The translations under genes and the position numbers were made by a program. From assembly GCA_002104945.1 (NCBI GenBank), contig MCFH01000086.1, forward strand, positions 1-64,000: a stretch of DNA of 64,000 bases, in the 5' to 3' direction. Numbering within the stretch: the stretch's first letter is position 1; each line of letters starts with the position of its first letter. Below, piece after piece: positions 1 to 12,964 of this stretch. Under the pieces are notes generated by a model, which was not told the origin of the DNA, did no database searches, and saw nothing but the letters and a program-made list of their open reading frames with translations. Source of the stretch: Piromyces finnis finn. Taxonomy: Eukaryota; Fungi; Neocallimastigomycota.

Positions 1-492
1 ACGTTCCGGATGACATTTAATGCAACCACCAATTTCTGTTGTTGGCTTATTTTCTAATATGTTATGCGGTTCTGTATCTTGATATGAATTAAGACAATAA
101 CGACAGTTTTTGATATTACTTCTTTGGCATGATGTATCAATATCTCGTTCTAATGTGTTGAAATCGTCAGCATAAGTAAATCCATGATCTCTAGTCCAAT
201 CTGTGCCCTTTACTCCTCGAAAATTTATTAATGTATTATGACCCCATTCAAAATTATTTTCGTATCTTCGGTTAAACTTTCCATCCTCTGAAAGTAATGG
301 TTTTGCTCGTTCGCGATTCTCTTTGAAAAATCTTTTTCTATCAATTTCATATTGTTGATTTTTTGTTATATGTAGCTTTTTTAAATTAATATTATCATTT
401 TTAGGTACATTAATAATATTATTACAATTAGAAGAAGGTTGTGATTTTACTTTAGGACTTTCTCTTTGAAAAAAATATTTTTGGAAATTCAT
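1..492 (-). CDS. Hypothetical protein, 5' part (164 codons, runs off the left edge), Cys-containing
   Basis: Manual translation from ATG at 492 is stop-free to position 1: MNFQKYFFQRESPK...CQRSNIKNCRYCLNSY...GGCIKCHPER. GC is higher than the flanking DNA. Missing from the ORF track because it has no stop in the window. Confidence 0.6.
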   Translation of the reverse strand, partial: MNFQKYFFQRESPKVKSQPSSNCNNIINVPKNDNINLKKLHITKNQQYEIDRKRFFKENRERAKPLLSEDGKFNRRYENNFEWGHNTLINFRGVKGTDWTRDHGFTYADDFNTLERDIDTSCQRSNIKNCRYCLNSYQDTEPHNILENKPTTEIGGCIKCHPER

Positions 493-1155
493 TTTAAATA
501 TCAATTAAATAATTATAATTATATTATTTATTTAATAACATTTTAAATGCTCATATTTTATTACTAATGTATGTTATTTTGTTATTATTATTTTTTTTTA
601 TACAATTAATTTCCCATTAAATTATATAAAATAAAAAAAATTAAAATTTGTTTTAAATTTTCCGTATAAATTTTTAAGTATATTATTGTAAAAAAGTAAA
701 TTTAATATTAATGAAAAAATTTTTTTTAAAAAAAAATTTTAAATATATTTAAAAGATACATTAATTATTATATATAAAATATTAGATATGACTTGAATAG
801 TATAATATTTTATTAATGGCCTAAGGGGAATATAAATTTAATTACAAAAACTATCTTTATCATATTTCTTTGATGTAAATGCGGCTTTTAAATGAATTTT
901 TGAAATTATTGATATATATTATATATATTCTTTAAATTTATTATATAAAAAGTTTAAGAATAATACTATTTAAAAATATTTAAAAATTTTAATAAAGATT
1001 AATTATTTAAAATTCGTTATTATATACGAATTATCTATAACAAAAGATGTATTAAATACTAAAAAAATAATTTCTATTTACTTTTTTTTTTTTTTTTTTT
1101 TTAAATATAATGATATAATGATACGATAAAAAAAAGGTGGTTTAAAAATAGTATT

Positions 1156-1194
<39 letters not shown>

Positions 1195-1204
1195 TTTTAA
1201 TATA

Positions 1205-3032
1205 TTAAAAGTAATAAATATAAAGTGAAATTAATAAAACTAAAATATTTAATTTAATGGTATTATTGAATTTATAAGTATTAGAAGAATTTTCTGTATT
1301 AATGTTAGCGACAACTGCATGACTATAGAAATTTTCTATGTTTTTAGGTTCTTCAGCAATATTCCATCCAATTTCTTTTAAGATTTTTAAAACATTTGGA
1401 CCTATGGCACCATATGGATTATTGTTACCATATTTCCAGTACATTGAATTTAATGTTCTACCTTGCAGTGGTGATACATCCGAAATCATAATAAAATCAG
1501 GTCTATTATAATTATATACAAAATATTGTTACATATAAATGTTAATTATTTACAATATATTTTCAAAAATATTACTATATTTAATAATCCTTACGTGTAT
1601 TTATAATCATCACTTAAATGTGCTATAGATGTGCCTTGCAAAAATTCTTTATTTTTAGTATAAAGAACAATTTTATCACCTAAAGAAGTTTGAAAAACTA
1701 ATGAACCTGCTTCATTAGATGCAACATCTAAAATATTTTTAGCGGCTTGATATGGTTTTTCAGAACGAATAAATTCATTATGGTATTGTAATGGCGATAA
1801 TAGCCCTGAAGCTGTGAACTTTATGATATCCTTATTATAATCATTTAATGAAATATTATTTTTTGTGGATACTACATTTTTATCAAAAATTTGAATTGAT
1901 CTCCAATTAGATACATATGTATTATTAGTTAATGATAAACCTGGTGATAAAAAGTCTTGATCATCAATAACTTTTGCAACTAATGAAAAATATTTTTGAA
2001 AAGCAGTTGCAAATCCTAGACCATGAATTAATTCGTGTATTACAACATATTCAAAATCAATTTGTCCATCTTCAATAATATCATCACCCTATAATTTATT
2101 ATTAATATTATATAATATTATATTATTATATATTTGATATAAGTTTATTATAAAATCAAAAACCAAAATAAAATTAAATGAAAAAAAAAAAAAAAAACAT
2201 ACTGAAAAGTAGAATGAATAATCTGAGTTAAAATCTGAAGTAATATCAGTTGAAAGATAGATACCAATATCATCCATTTGTTTAACTAACGGCTACAATA
2301 AATATTTTTGTTAGAAATAATAATTTTGATATATTTATTGATATTTTTAATACATTATTGATATATAATAATTACCTGTGGATATAAATATTTTGTACCA
2401 TTGTTATTTAAAATATGGTATGCAGAAGCTGCAGCTGATCCTATTGAAGAGCTATTAGTACAATAGCTTTCACCTTTAATTTTACAGAAGCTATATAGTG
2501 AAGCTTGAACGATAATAGGTGTTTTAATTTTTAACGCAATAGCAATTTTTTGGGTTGCACGCTCAAAAGTATTCTTTGCTTTTTCACATATATTTGGTGT
2601 TTCAGAACAGTAAAATTGTATATCGAATGCTGATGTTACAGTTATTGATTCATCATCTAAATTAAAATCAGTAGCATTCATTATATTTTTGTTATATGAA
2701 ATAAAACCAGTTTTATCTATTTCTCCCATATTATTTATATCAAGTTTTTCATTTTCTAAGTGGTGTCTTTCGCCATCGTTATAATTGATTTTTACTTTAA
2801 ATTTATCACGATGTGAACGTTTAATTTTATTTTGTATTTTTGGTATATCTTCTGGACAAACAATATTATAATTATGACTACCATGTCCAACACCCGTTAA
2901 TGAATCTTCATCTAAAACATATATTGGATCCTTTCCATCTTTACATTGTGATAAATCATTTAATTGAGCAAAGACTTTTATTGCTATTATATTTGATAAT
3001 AATATAAATAATTTTTTATAAAAAATATTCAT
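1205..3032 (-). CDS. Secreted, possibly membrane/GPI-anchored zinc metalloprotease-like protein (HExxH), 4 exons
   Basis: Exons 3032-2376, 2292-2203, 2088-1595 and 1502-1205 with GT..AG introns. N-terminal signal-like MNIFYKKLFILLSNIIAIKVFA. Exon 3 encodes IDFEYVVIHELIHGLGF; TSIAHL...PDFIM is a Met-turn-like segment; the C-terminus is hydrophobic (NILVLLISLYIYYF). Confidence 0.8.
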
Positions 3033-4948
3033 ATTTTCTTATTTCTATATTTAATTTAGGATTTTACTTGTTTTAAATGTCAAAGAATTTATTTATTGGA
3101 AAAAATATTTATTTATTAATATAAATAATAATATCATTATTTGTTCTAATATGTAAAACTTATAGATTTTTTTTTTTTTTTTAAATATAATTGTTTTTTA
3201 AAAATATTACTATATTTTTAAATTATATTTTTGGATATTTTTTTAATAGTAAACTTTCAAGAAATATACAATTATTATTATTATTATTATTATTAAAACA
3301 GCCTGAGAATATATATTATTAAATTAGTGAATGAAACTGTTTGCAAATTTGAAAAATATAAAAAGCATAATTAAATTGAAAAATATAATTAAATATTAAA
3401 ATATTAAATAATTATTAATAAATAATATGATATATTATTATAAAAATTTTTTTACGCAAATAAATATATATTATTATTTTTTACTTCTTGATTTTCTTAA
3501 AATGATAAATATGCAATATTTTAATCTATCCTTTTATGACTGTTTTTTTTTTTTAATAATGTTGAATAATAAAATTATCAATTAATTTTTTTTTAAAAGA
3601 GAGGCAATAATAATTATTTGACCCTATTTTTTTTTTTTATAATAAAAGATGAAATATTAAGAAAAAACTAAAAAATGAAAAAATGAAAATGAAAAGTTTA
3701 ATCATTATTAAAATCTTTTTTTTAATAATTAATATAAATATTACAAAATTATTAATATATTAAATATATATTTAAAATATATTCATTTAAGTAAATAATA
3801 GTAAATGATAAAGTTATTACTAGAGAAATTTTTTTATTAATAATATATAAATTGTATTATCAAGTATATTAAGTAGGTATAATTTTAATTATATATTTAA
3901 TTTATTATAATATATTATGATTAATTAGTAAATTCAATTAAATAGGCAATATATAACAATAAATAATAAATATTATGTTTTATAATACAGAATTAATAAT
4001 ATAATAATAAATAAATAAATAATTCAGAGAATATATTTATTTATATATAATGATGTTTTTTTATATTTCGGTAAATATTAACTTTAATTGGTTTTTCAGT
4101 GTATACATATTATAATTATGGTTGAGGTATGAAAATCTGTATAAATCTTCAAAAATTTGGTTAAATATAAATTAGTGTTATAAATTTTATTTAATAAGCT
4201 TTATGTAAAAGGAATAAAAGAATGAAATGGCTTGTTGGGAGATTCATTATATATATTATTAAATTTAAAAGAAATAAATGTAGAATAATTAACTTATTTT
4301 ATTAGTATTTAAAATATTTATAAGAAAAAGTGTGTATTTTGTTAATTATAATTTTATTATATTTATGACTTAAAAGTACTATTTATACTTCAAAATATAA
4401 TTTTAATTATTTTTAATGGATTATAATAAATTCGATGTTATAAATTAATTATTATTATATAAATCAATTATATTTTTGTATTTCACATTAAAACTAAAGG
4501 ATTAAGTCAATAACTTTAAAATTAAAAAATATTAATGAATTTTACTATATAAATAAATTTGACAGTACATCAATTTTTGAAACCGGAAAATTTTATTAAA
4601 AATTTAATGGAGAAAATAATAATTTAATTAAGTTTTTATTTCAGAACTTTTAATTTGTTGTACTACATTCTAAACTTTTTTGAAAATTATAAATTTATTT
4701 ATAATTATTATTTTTTGAAAAAATATTTTTATTACTAAAAAAATAAATTAAAATATTTTAATATACAAAATTAATAGTAAATTTTATTTATTTATTTATT
4801 TATTTATTAAATTAACTATAAAATGAAATATATAATAAATAGAGTAATTAACATAATAAACCATATATTAATGAGAAAATTATGAAGATAATAATAGTAA
4901 AATAAAAGAGAAATAAATTTATTTTAATGATAACTTAAATTTATTGCT

Positions 4949-7900
4949 TTAAATCATCATATCATCATCATCACCAGTAGAGACCCATTTGATTTCTTTT
5001 CCATTTTTACTTAATTGCCATACATTAATCATTGAATACTTAGTAATACATTCACGGAGTTCTCTTTCACCCCAACCACGACTACGAACACGATCTAATA
5101 CAGATTGGAAACTATTATTTTAAAGGATAAAATCAATATAATAATTTAAAAAGAAGCAAATTAAAATTAATCATTAATTGATAAAAATATGTTTTTTTTG
5201 TAAAGAATATATATATTATTATAGAATGATTTTTATTTTTTAGTGTTTAAAATCTTACCTTAAGTTTTGAATACTACCGTTTGGTGCTCTTGCCATATCA
5301 CGACAAATTGAATAAATAGCATCTGAACTTGGTAAACGACTGTAATAAAGAGCAACCATATATTATTAAATTAATAAAATATACATATTACTGATTATTT
5401 ATTGTAAAAAAAAAAAAAATACTAAATTAAAATTTTACCTTGTATTGTTACCCTTTGCATTGCGAAGACTTTCTTTACTTATTTGAATTAATCTTAAAGC
5501 TTCTTCAACATCTTCATTGGTAACTTCATTAGAGAATCTTACTCTTGCCTTATTATTATTATTATTATTATTATTATTTTTATAAGAAGTATAAGAAACA
5601 AATAATAAATCACAATAAATCTTTTTATTATATTATATATGTAATAATATTTAATTAATACTCACTAAAGCAGAAGAAAGACGAATTACACTTAATAAAG
5701 TACGAGCACAAGTATATTGGAAGTCATCTTCATTATCTGGTTCAATTCTTTTTTGGATATATAAATTAGTAATAAATTCACCAACAGCTGGAGAGATAGT
5801 TGGATAGAATGTACGAGCCCTGGCAATATAATGTCTATAAAAGATACAATAATATTTAATAAAAATTAACAATCTTTTTTTTATTTTATTTTTAAAAAAG
5901 AATGTTACAAACCTTATTACATTAGAATCAATTATTAAATCTTCATTTTCTTTTTTTGGAGCTGAATTATGAATGTGAACATAACCAATATGTTGAGCTA
6001 ATCTATTATTTGGAATAGATAATATTAGCAAATTGAAATTATATATTATAATTATTTATTTCAAAGATTTTTAAATAGCTTACCTGTGATCTTCATTAAT
6101 ATTTGGTGTATCTAAAATTAAAAATAATAAATCAAATCTACTTAGTAAAGCAGCTGGAAGATTGATATTTTCAGATGGTTTTCTATTTGGATTATATCTT
6201 CCAAAGGCGGGATTAGCTGCAGCTAAAATAGAAGTTCTAGCATTTAATGTAGTAGTAATACCAGCTTTACTAATACTAATAGTTTGCTGTTCCATTACTT
6301 CATGAATGGCAGTACGATCATCTTCATCCATCTTGTCAAATTCATCAATACAAGCAATACCATTATCTGCAAGAACTAAAGCACCACCCTCTAAAACCAT
6401 TTCATCTGTTACTGGATCACGCATAACACTAGCAGTTAAACCAACACCAGAACTACCTCTACCTGTAGTATAAACACCGCGAGGTGCTGATTTACTAATA
6501 TATTTTAAGAGTTGGGACTTGGCAACACCAGGATCACCCATTAAACAAATATTAATATCACCACGAATTTTCATACCATCACCAGTTTCTTTACTGGCAC
6601 CACCAATAAGTAAAAGAAGAAGAGCTTTCTTAACATCCTCATGACCATAAATTTCAGGTGCAATACTACTGGCAAGACGATTGTAAACGTCTGGATCATT
6701 ACCTAATTGATTAATTGTTTCTTCCATTTCAGGAGTAGAATCCATTTGATTATATTGTTTTTTAAGTGAGTAAACATATTGTGCTTCTAAATAGGTATCT
6801 GTAATTAAACCAGCTCTTATTGCTCTAAAACCTACATATGGTAATGGAAGGAAAATACCAGAAATATAAACGGAATCTCCTGGGTTAACGGTACGTACTT
6901 GGTTTTGGAATAAATAAACAGTCATAGTTCTTGGAATATGACCCATTGGAACTTGGTCAGTCTACAAATGAATATTTATATTGATATTTTTATAATTTTT
7001 AATAATATATTTGAATCATTATTATTATAATTAAATATTATTTCCATGTGAATATGAATTGATTATATATATATTAATATAATAATAATTAAATAATAAT
7101 AATAGTAATAATAAAAAAACAATATATGCATTTTAATTACCATTTCTTGAATTTTTACTTCTTGAAATCTTAAGAATTTTGAGGCACGTGTTTGTTGGTG
7201 TAAACTACCCTTGAAATTATTAGTTTTACAATATGCACTAGAACATTCAACTTCAGGAGTAAATTGGCGAGAAGTAACCTAACATTAATATTATTTGAAT
7301 AATTAAATAATTGCATAAAAACCAATAATACATTTGATTAATTAATTTTTATTAATATTTGAAATTATTATACTTTGTATAAATGAATTTCATACTTCTT
7401 GAAAAACTTCACAACCACATCTATCACAAATATATGCATTAACAGCTAAGAATGGTTTAACATCACTAACTCTTGTTACAATACCACTAACAGTAATTAA
7501 ATGTCCAACGTATGAACCTTTAACATTTCTAATAATCATTGGCTTGGTATTAGTTAAGGGTTTAATATATAATGAGCTTTTATATTAATGTTAATATGTT
7601 AATTGATTGAAACTAGTTATATTATTATTTTAAATTATTAGATAAATTGTTATAATATTTTATCATTCTTTTAACTATTATAGTATTAGAATAATAAAAC
7701 GTGGTATAATTTATCTTGATATGTTGAATACTTTTTTTTTTTTTGAGTTATATAAATATATATAAATATATATAAAAGAAATTACTATCTTCTAGTTAAA
7801 ATAGCCGGTATATTGGTTGTTTCTGGATTTTCTTGTCTTTTTCTGTGATACATAATAACATCTAATGGTTCACTTTCTTCATTAATCTGAAATGTATTTT

Positions 7901-8783
7901 AAATATTTGAATTTAATATTAATTTTATAATATATGTACATATTTTCGGATTCCTGTTAAATTTTTATTTATTTCTTATATTAATTGCCAATTTAATTTC
8001 AAATCAATTATTTTCGATTCTTACTTCCATTTCAGTTTCTGGCATTAATTTATCTACTACTTTTGAAAAGATATCAATATATCTTTTAGTATTTTTTGTA
8101 ATATTGTCTAAAAATCCGTTAAATTTATCAGTATTAGTGGAATCAATGAACTATAATGATATTATAAAAAAATTTAATAATGAAAAATTATAAATGACAC
8201 ATTCATATTTTTTTTATTCCTATAATAAAATTAAATCAATTATTTAAATATTATAATTACTCTTTTTAAATCATCAAGTTCAATAGTAATGGAATCACGT
8301 TGACGTTGGGAAATTTCTTTCTATTATTTAATAAAACAAAAAAGATAAATTTAAATTATTATGTTAAAGTAGCTTGATTAATTGAGAAATTCTAATATTA
8401 AATTTAAAATCTTAATTTTATATAAATTACAATTTGTTCCATATATTTAACAGTTGGCTTTTGAGATCCACTAACTGGATCTTGATATTTTTCTAAAAAT
8501 TGAGTTGCACGCTCTTTTTTTTATATAAATCATTTTATATTGTAAGAGATTTTTTATTCCATTTGGATTAATTTATTTTATTTGAATATTAAATAATTGT
8601 AATATATCAAATTCATTATATTCAATAATTGTATTAAATAAATGAAAAGAAATAATTTGTAGATTACAGAATTATCAAATACAACATATAAATTAAAAAT
8701 GTTCATTTTATATATTGGGTTCGTAAATATATATAAAAAAAATAATCTTAGATTAATAATTTTATTTAATTTTTCATTTACTG

Positions 8784-8822
<39 letters not shown>

Positions 8823-8926
8823 ATAATAATAATAATAGTAATAATAAATATATAAAGAAGAAAATTAAAGATATTACCAACTTCTGTATGATAATTAATA
8901 CCAATTCGAACAATTGAAGTAGCCAT
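4949..8926 (-). CDS. MCM7: DNA replication licensing factor MCM7, multi-exon
   Basis: [14 protein letters not shown] (Walker A variant), [59 protein letters not shown] and ALLSRFD (Arg finger). First exon [16 protein letters not shown] starts at 8926; last exon [16 protein letters not shown] ends in TAA at 4951-4949. Internal boundaries are approximate. Confidence 0.93.
8781..8845. repeat. (ACT)n/(AAT)n microsatellite in MCM7 intron 1
   Basis: actgctactactact...actaataataataataatagtaataat read directly. Confidence 0.85.
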
Positions 8927-9687
8927 TTCTAGTTAAATTAAGGATATAATGAAAGCAGGAAAGATAATAATATACAATAAATAATATTCAAATTCTAAAT
9001 AAAAATAATAACCAATAGTAATGATAAACTATTATTAAAATATATTTAAACAATTTTTTTTTTTTTAAATTATATTTTATATATTTTATTATTAAAGCTT
9101 TAAACTTAAAAAAAAATTATTTTTTGTTTGAAAAGATCTAATTTTAATTAATTTGTAGAAAATTATCATTATTTTTTAATAAATTTTAAGTTGATTGGTC
9201 ATTATTAAGCATGTAGAATGTAATGTAATTAGTTTCAATACTCATAAATGATTTATAGAAAGAGAAATAATTAGTTTTAAATTAGTATTTGAAAGTAAAT
9301 GATATTTTTAAATGTTTTTTTATTATTATATCTTAATAAAAATCCATTTTTGATTATTTAAAAGCTATTATATCATTAATAATTATATGGTTTTGAAGGT
9401 AGTGTTCAGTAATACATCATTTTTTAAAAATTATAAGGAATAATTATTTTTAAAATTTATTTTAAATTTTATTATATAAAAATTTAAAAATTTATCCAAT
9501 ACAAATAACAAATATAAAAAAAGTTTTATTTCATTTTATTCTATTTTTTTTTAAAAAAAATATTGAACAATTGAATAAATTTTTATTTAAAGAATTTTTA
9601 ATTAAACTTTTGTGTTCTGTTAATAAACAAATTAATTAATATAGTTTTATTAGAAGATATATATCAAAATTTAAATAGTGATATAAA

Positions 9688-12600
9688 ATGTCGTTGGTAA
9701 TATACTTTCATATAAAGCAATTTCAAAATTAAAATTTTAAAAATACAATAATAAATTTATATTTATGAATGATAATAAAGTGAATATATCATGACATATA
9801 ACAAATTATTAATAAGATATAATATAAAAACATAAAAACATTATATTAATTATGTACAATAAATTTAAAATTTATATAAAATATAGATTTTAACAAATTT
9901 TAATTCTTCGCAACAATTTCTTCCATATATTGATAATTTGAAAAGGAAATTATTTTTAAATAAATGTACGGGAAGAAATACAGTAATAAATTTACCAAAA
10001 ACACCTTTAGTGTTATCCAATTCACATTCTATTAGCATCGTGTCAAAAAATGAAGTTAAAGAAAATATTGGTCAAATATCGTCCTTTACCCATCCTGAAT
10101 TAATCAAATCATTAGAAAGTATAGTATAATATTATATATATTGATATATTGTGGATTGTTTTATTTAGCGTATTATTTATTTGTCTTTAATATTAATTTA
10201 AAAAATTAATTTAAAATGATATTGAATGTAATATTTATTAATATTAATTGTATTTATTGTAAGTAAATAATAATATAAAATATAAAGCATTTATAGCAAT
10301 TGAAAATGTTTTTTTTTTTTTAAAAAAAAAAATTAATATGAATTAATTAATAATGCTTTTATAATTTTTAAAACTACTTATTATGGTCAATTATATATAT
10401 AATGATAAAAATATAAATAAAATTCATAAATTATAAACATTAATATTAAAACTAATTGATAAATTATTGTAGTTACACCGGGGGTTTCTTCACTTCAATA
10501 TGAATTTCATAGAGCAAAGCTTATTGAAGAGATACCAAATCATAGTATAGTTGTTATTAGTGGTTATGGTTTAAGATATATGACTAAAGGAATATTGTAA
10601 GACAATAGGAATAAAGTGAATTTTTTTCTTAATATATGTTATTATTAAATAAAAAAATACATTTTTTAATAAATTATGTAGTTATAAATTCCATCAAAAT
10701 ACCGATTTTTTATATTTAACTGGTTTTAATCAGCCGGATGGTGCTGTTATTTTAGGTAATATATTTAATATTTTTATTAAATATTCAGTATGATTTATAA
10801 TACAGTATGCTAATGTAATACCTTTTTTATATCCTTATATAATAATAATGATAATAATAATTGGCTATCAAATATATGAATAGAAAAAGATATTAGTTTA
10901 CCGAGAAAATATAAAATGACATTTTTCTGTCTTCCAAAAAATAAAAAGTTAGAAAGATGGGATGGGCCTAGATGTGGTTTAAATAATGCTATTAAATATT
11001 TTAAAGCTGATGAAGTAATTGAAATATTAATGAAATATTGAAAGAATATATATTATTTTAATAATATAAATATATAGATATAATTAATTCATTAACTTTG
11101 TTTCTATTAATAATACTTTTAATATATCAATTTATATTTAAAAATAATTAAAACGCATACATATATATTATACAAGGCTTTTCCAATTAATCAATTTAAT
11201 AAAAAACTACAAGAAATTGTAAATAAAAAATTACAAACAATTAAAGATTTTCCAACTATATATTCTAATATTTTTATCAAAGTTAATGTTGTTGATTCAA
11301 CATTGCCAGAAAAACAGCAAATTGTCGATACTTTTAATTATAGCTCTACTGCTTCAACCATGTCAGTTGGAAATACAGATCCTGATGCTAGTGATCAAAT
11401 GGCTACATTATCGAGCTATTTACGTAAGATAACATTAAAAATACCAAAGAATCGTTGGCCAACAGAGTCTTCTCCATATTCCAGAAACCCAGATGTTATT
11501 AAATCTATTATTCCATTAATTAGTAATTTTCGTTTAATAAAATCATCTTATGAGATTGATCTTTTGAAAAAAGTTGGAGATATTACAGGTGAAGCCTTTA
11601 TTGAGGTAAAAAATAAAAAATAATATTAAATAAAGAAAATAAATAGAATTAGCAATTTAGTATTTATATATAATTTCAATTGCTATTAATTCTTATATAT
11701 ATAAAAATAAAAGACTTTTAAAGGAACAAAACCAGGATTATATGAAAATCATTTAGAAGCAATTTTTGAATTCAATGTTAAATATCGTAATGCACAGTTT
11801 TTATCCTATATTCCAGTTGTTGCCAGTGGTAAAAACTCACTTTTTATGCATTATGTTGATAATAATTGTAAATTAAATGATGGTGATCTTATACTTATGG
11901 ATGCGGGTGCAGTTAGTATATTATTTTTAAAAATCTTAATATTTTCAACATTTAAAGTATTAAATTGAAATATGATATTTTATTCATATATAATATTTTT
12001 ATTTTTTATATTATATATAGGAATTAAATCATTATGTTAGTGATGTGACAAGAACTTGGCCAGTTAATGGAACCTTTTCAAAACCACAAAGAAAAATATA
12101 CCAATTATTATTGGATATTCAAAAAATGTGTATAAATGTAACATTATTAAAAGAAAAATGCTAACTTTAAAAATAAGTTATTTAATGAATTTGTTTAATT
12201 TATTTTCCTTTTAATTATTTTTATAATTTTTAATTGCTTATTTATTAAGATGTGTACTGTAAAATCGGGAAATACATTAAACAGAATTCATCAACGTTTT
12301 CTTGATATATTAGCCAAGGAATTATCAAAAGTCTTCAATAGACAAGTTTCATGGATGGTAATATTATGTTTTTTTATTTTTTATTTTTTATTTTTTTGAT
12401 ACATATTAAAATTAAAATTAATTAAATAGGAAACAAATGATATATGTCCACATCATATTGGTCATTATATGGGAATGGACGTTCATGATACAGAAGATAT
12501 ATCAAGATCATTACCTTTGAAGGAAGGGATGGTGATAACAATAGGTAAATAACATAAATAATATGCAAACAAATATAAAAAGTCAGTATCATTTTTTTTT

Positions 12601-12964
12601 TTAAAAAAAAAATTTCTAAATTCTTAAATATTTTGAAATAAATATAATAGAACCAGGTATTTATATTCCATATGATGACCGCTATCCAAAAGAATATCAA
12701 GGAATTGGTATAAGAATTGAAGATGATATAGTAGTCGGTAGTAAAAAACCAATTAATTTAACTAAATCTGTTCCAAAAGAAGTAATTATTATTTGATAAT
12801 TGTTTAATAAAAAGATATATTGTTTAAATGCTATAATATATAATATTAGAACTTATAGTAATATATTATTTAATAATGTTAATTTTATTTTTATTTAATT
12901 ATTATCAAAATATATTATAATAAAGATAAATGAAATTGAGGCTATAATGGCAGAAAGAAAATAA
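9688..12964 (+). CDS. ICP55: Xaa-Pro aminopeptidase P (M24B), ICP55/XPNPEP3 type, multi-exon
   Basis: Spliced product includes [23 protein letters not shown] (XPNPEP3-like SPFTHP..VTPG), [57 protein letters not shown] and MVITIEPGIY...[12 protein letters not shown]. Stop at 12962-12964. The 9-nt first exon (ATGTCGTTG, 9688-9696) is inferred. Confidence 0.85.

Noticed and set aside
8578-8917. Poly-V/L and poly-T/N ORFs
   Set aside because: Translations of a microsatellite in MCM7 intron 1.
12422-12700. 92-aa minus-strand ORF
   Set aside because: Antisense to aminopeptidase exons and intron.
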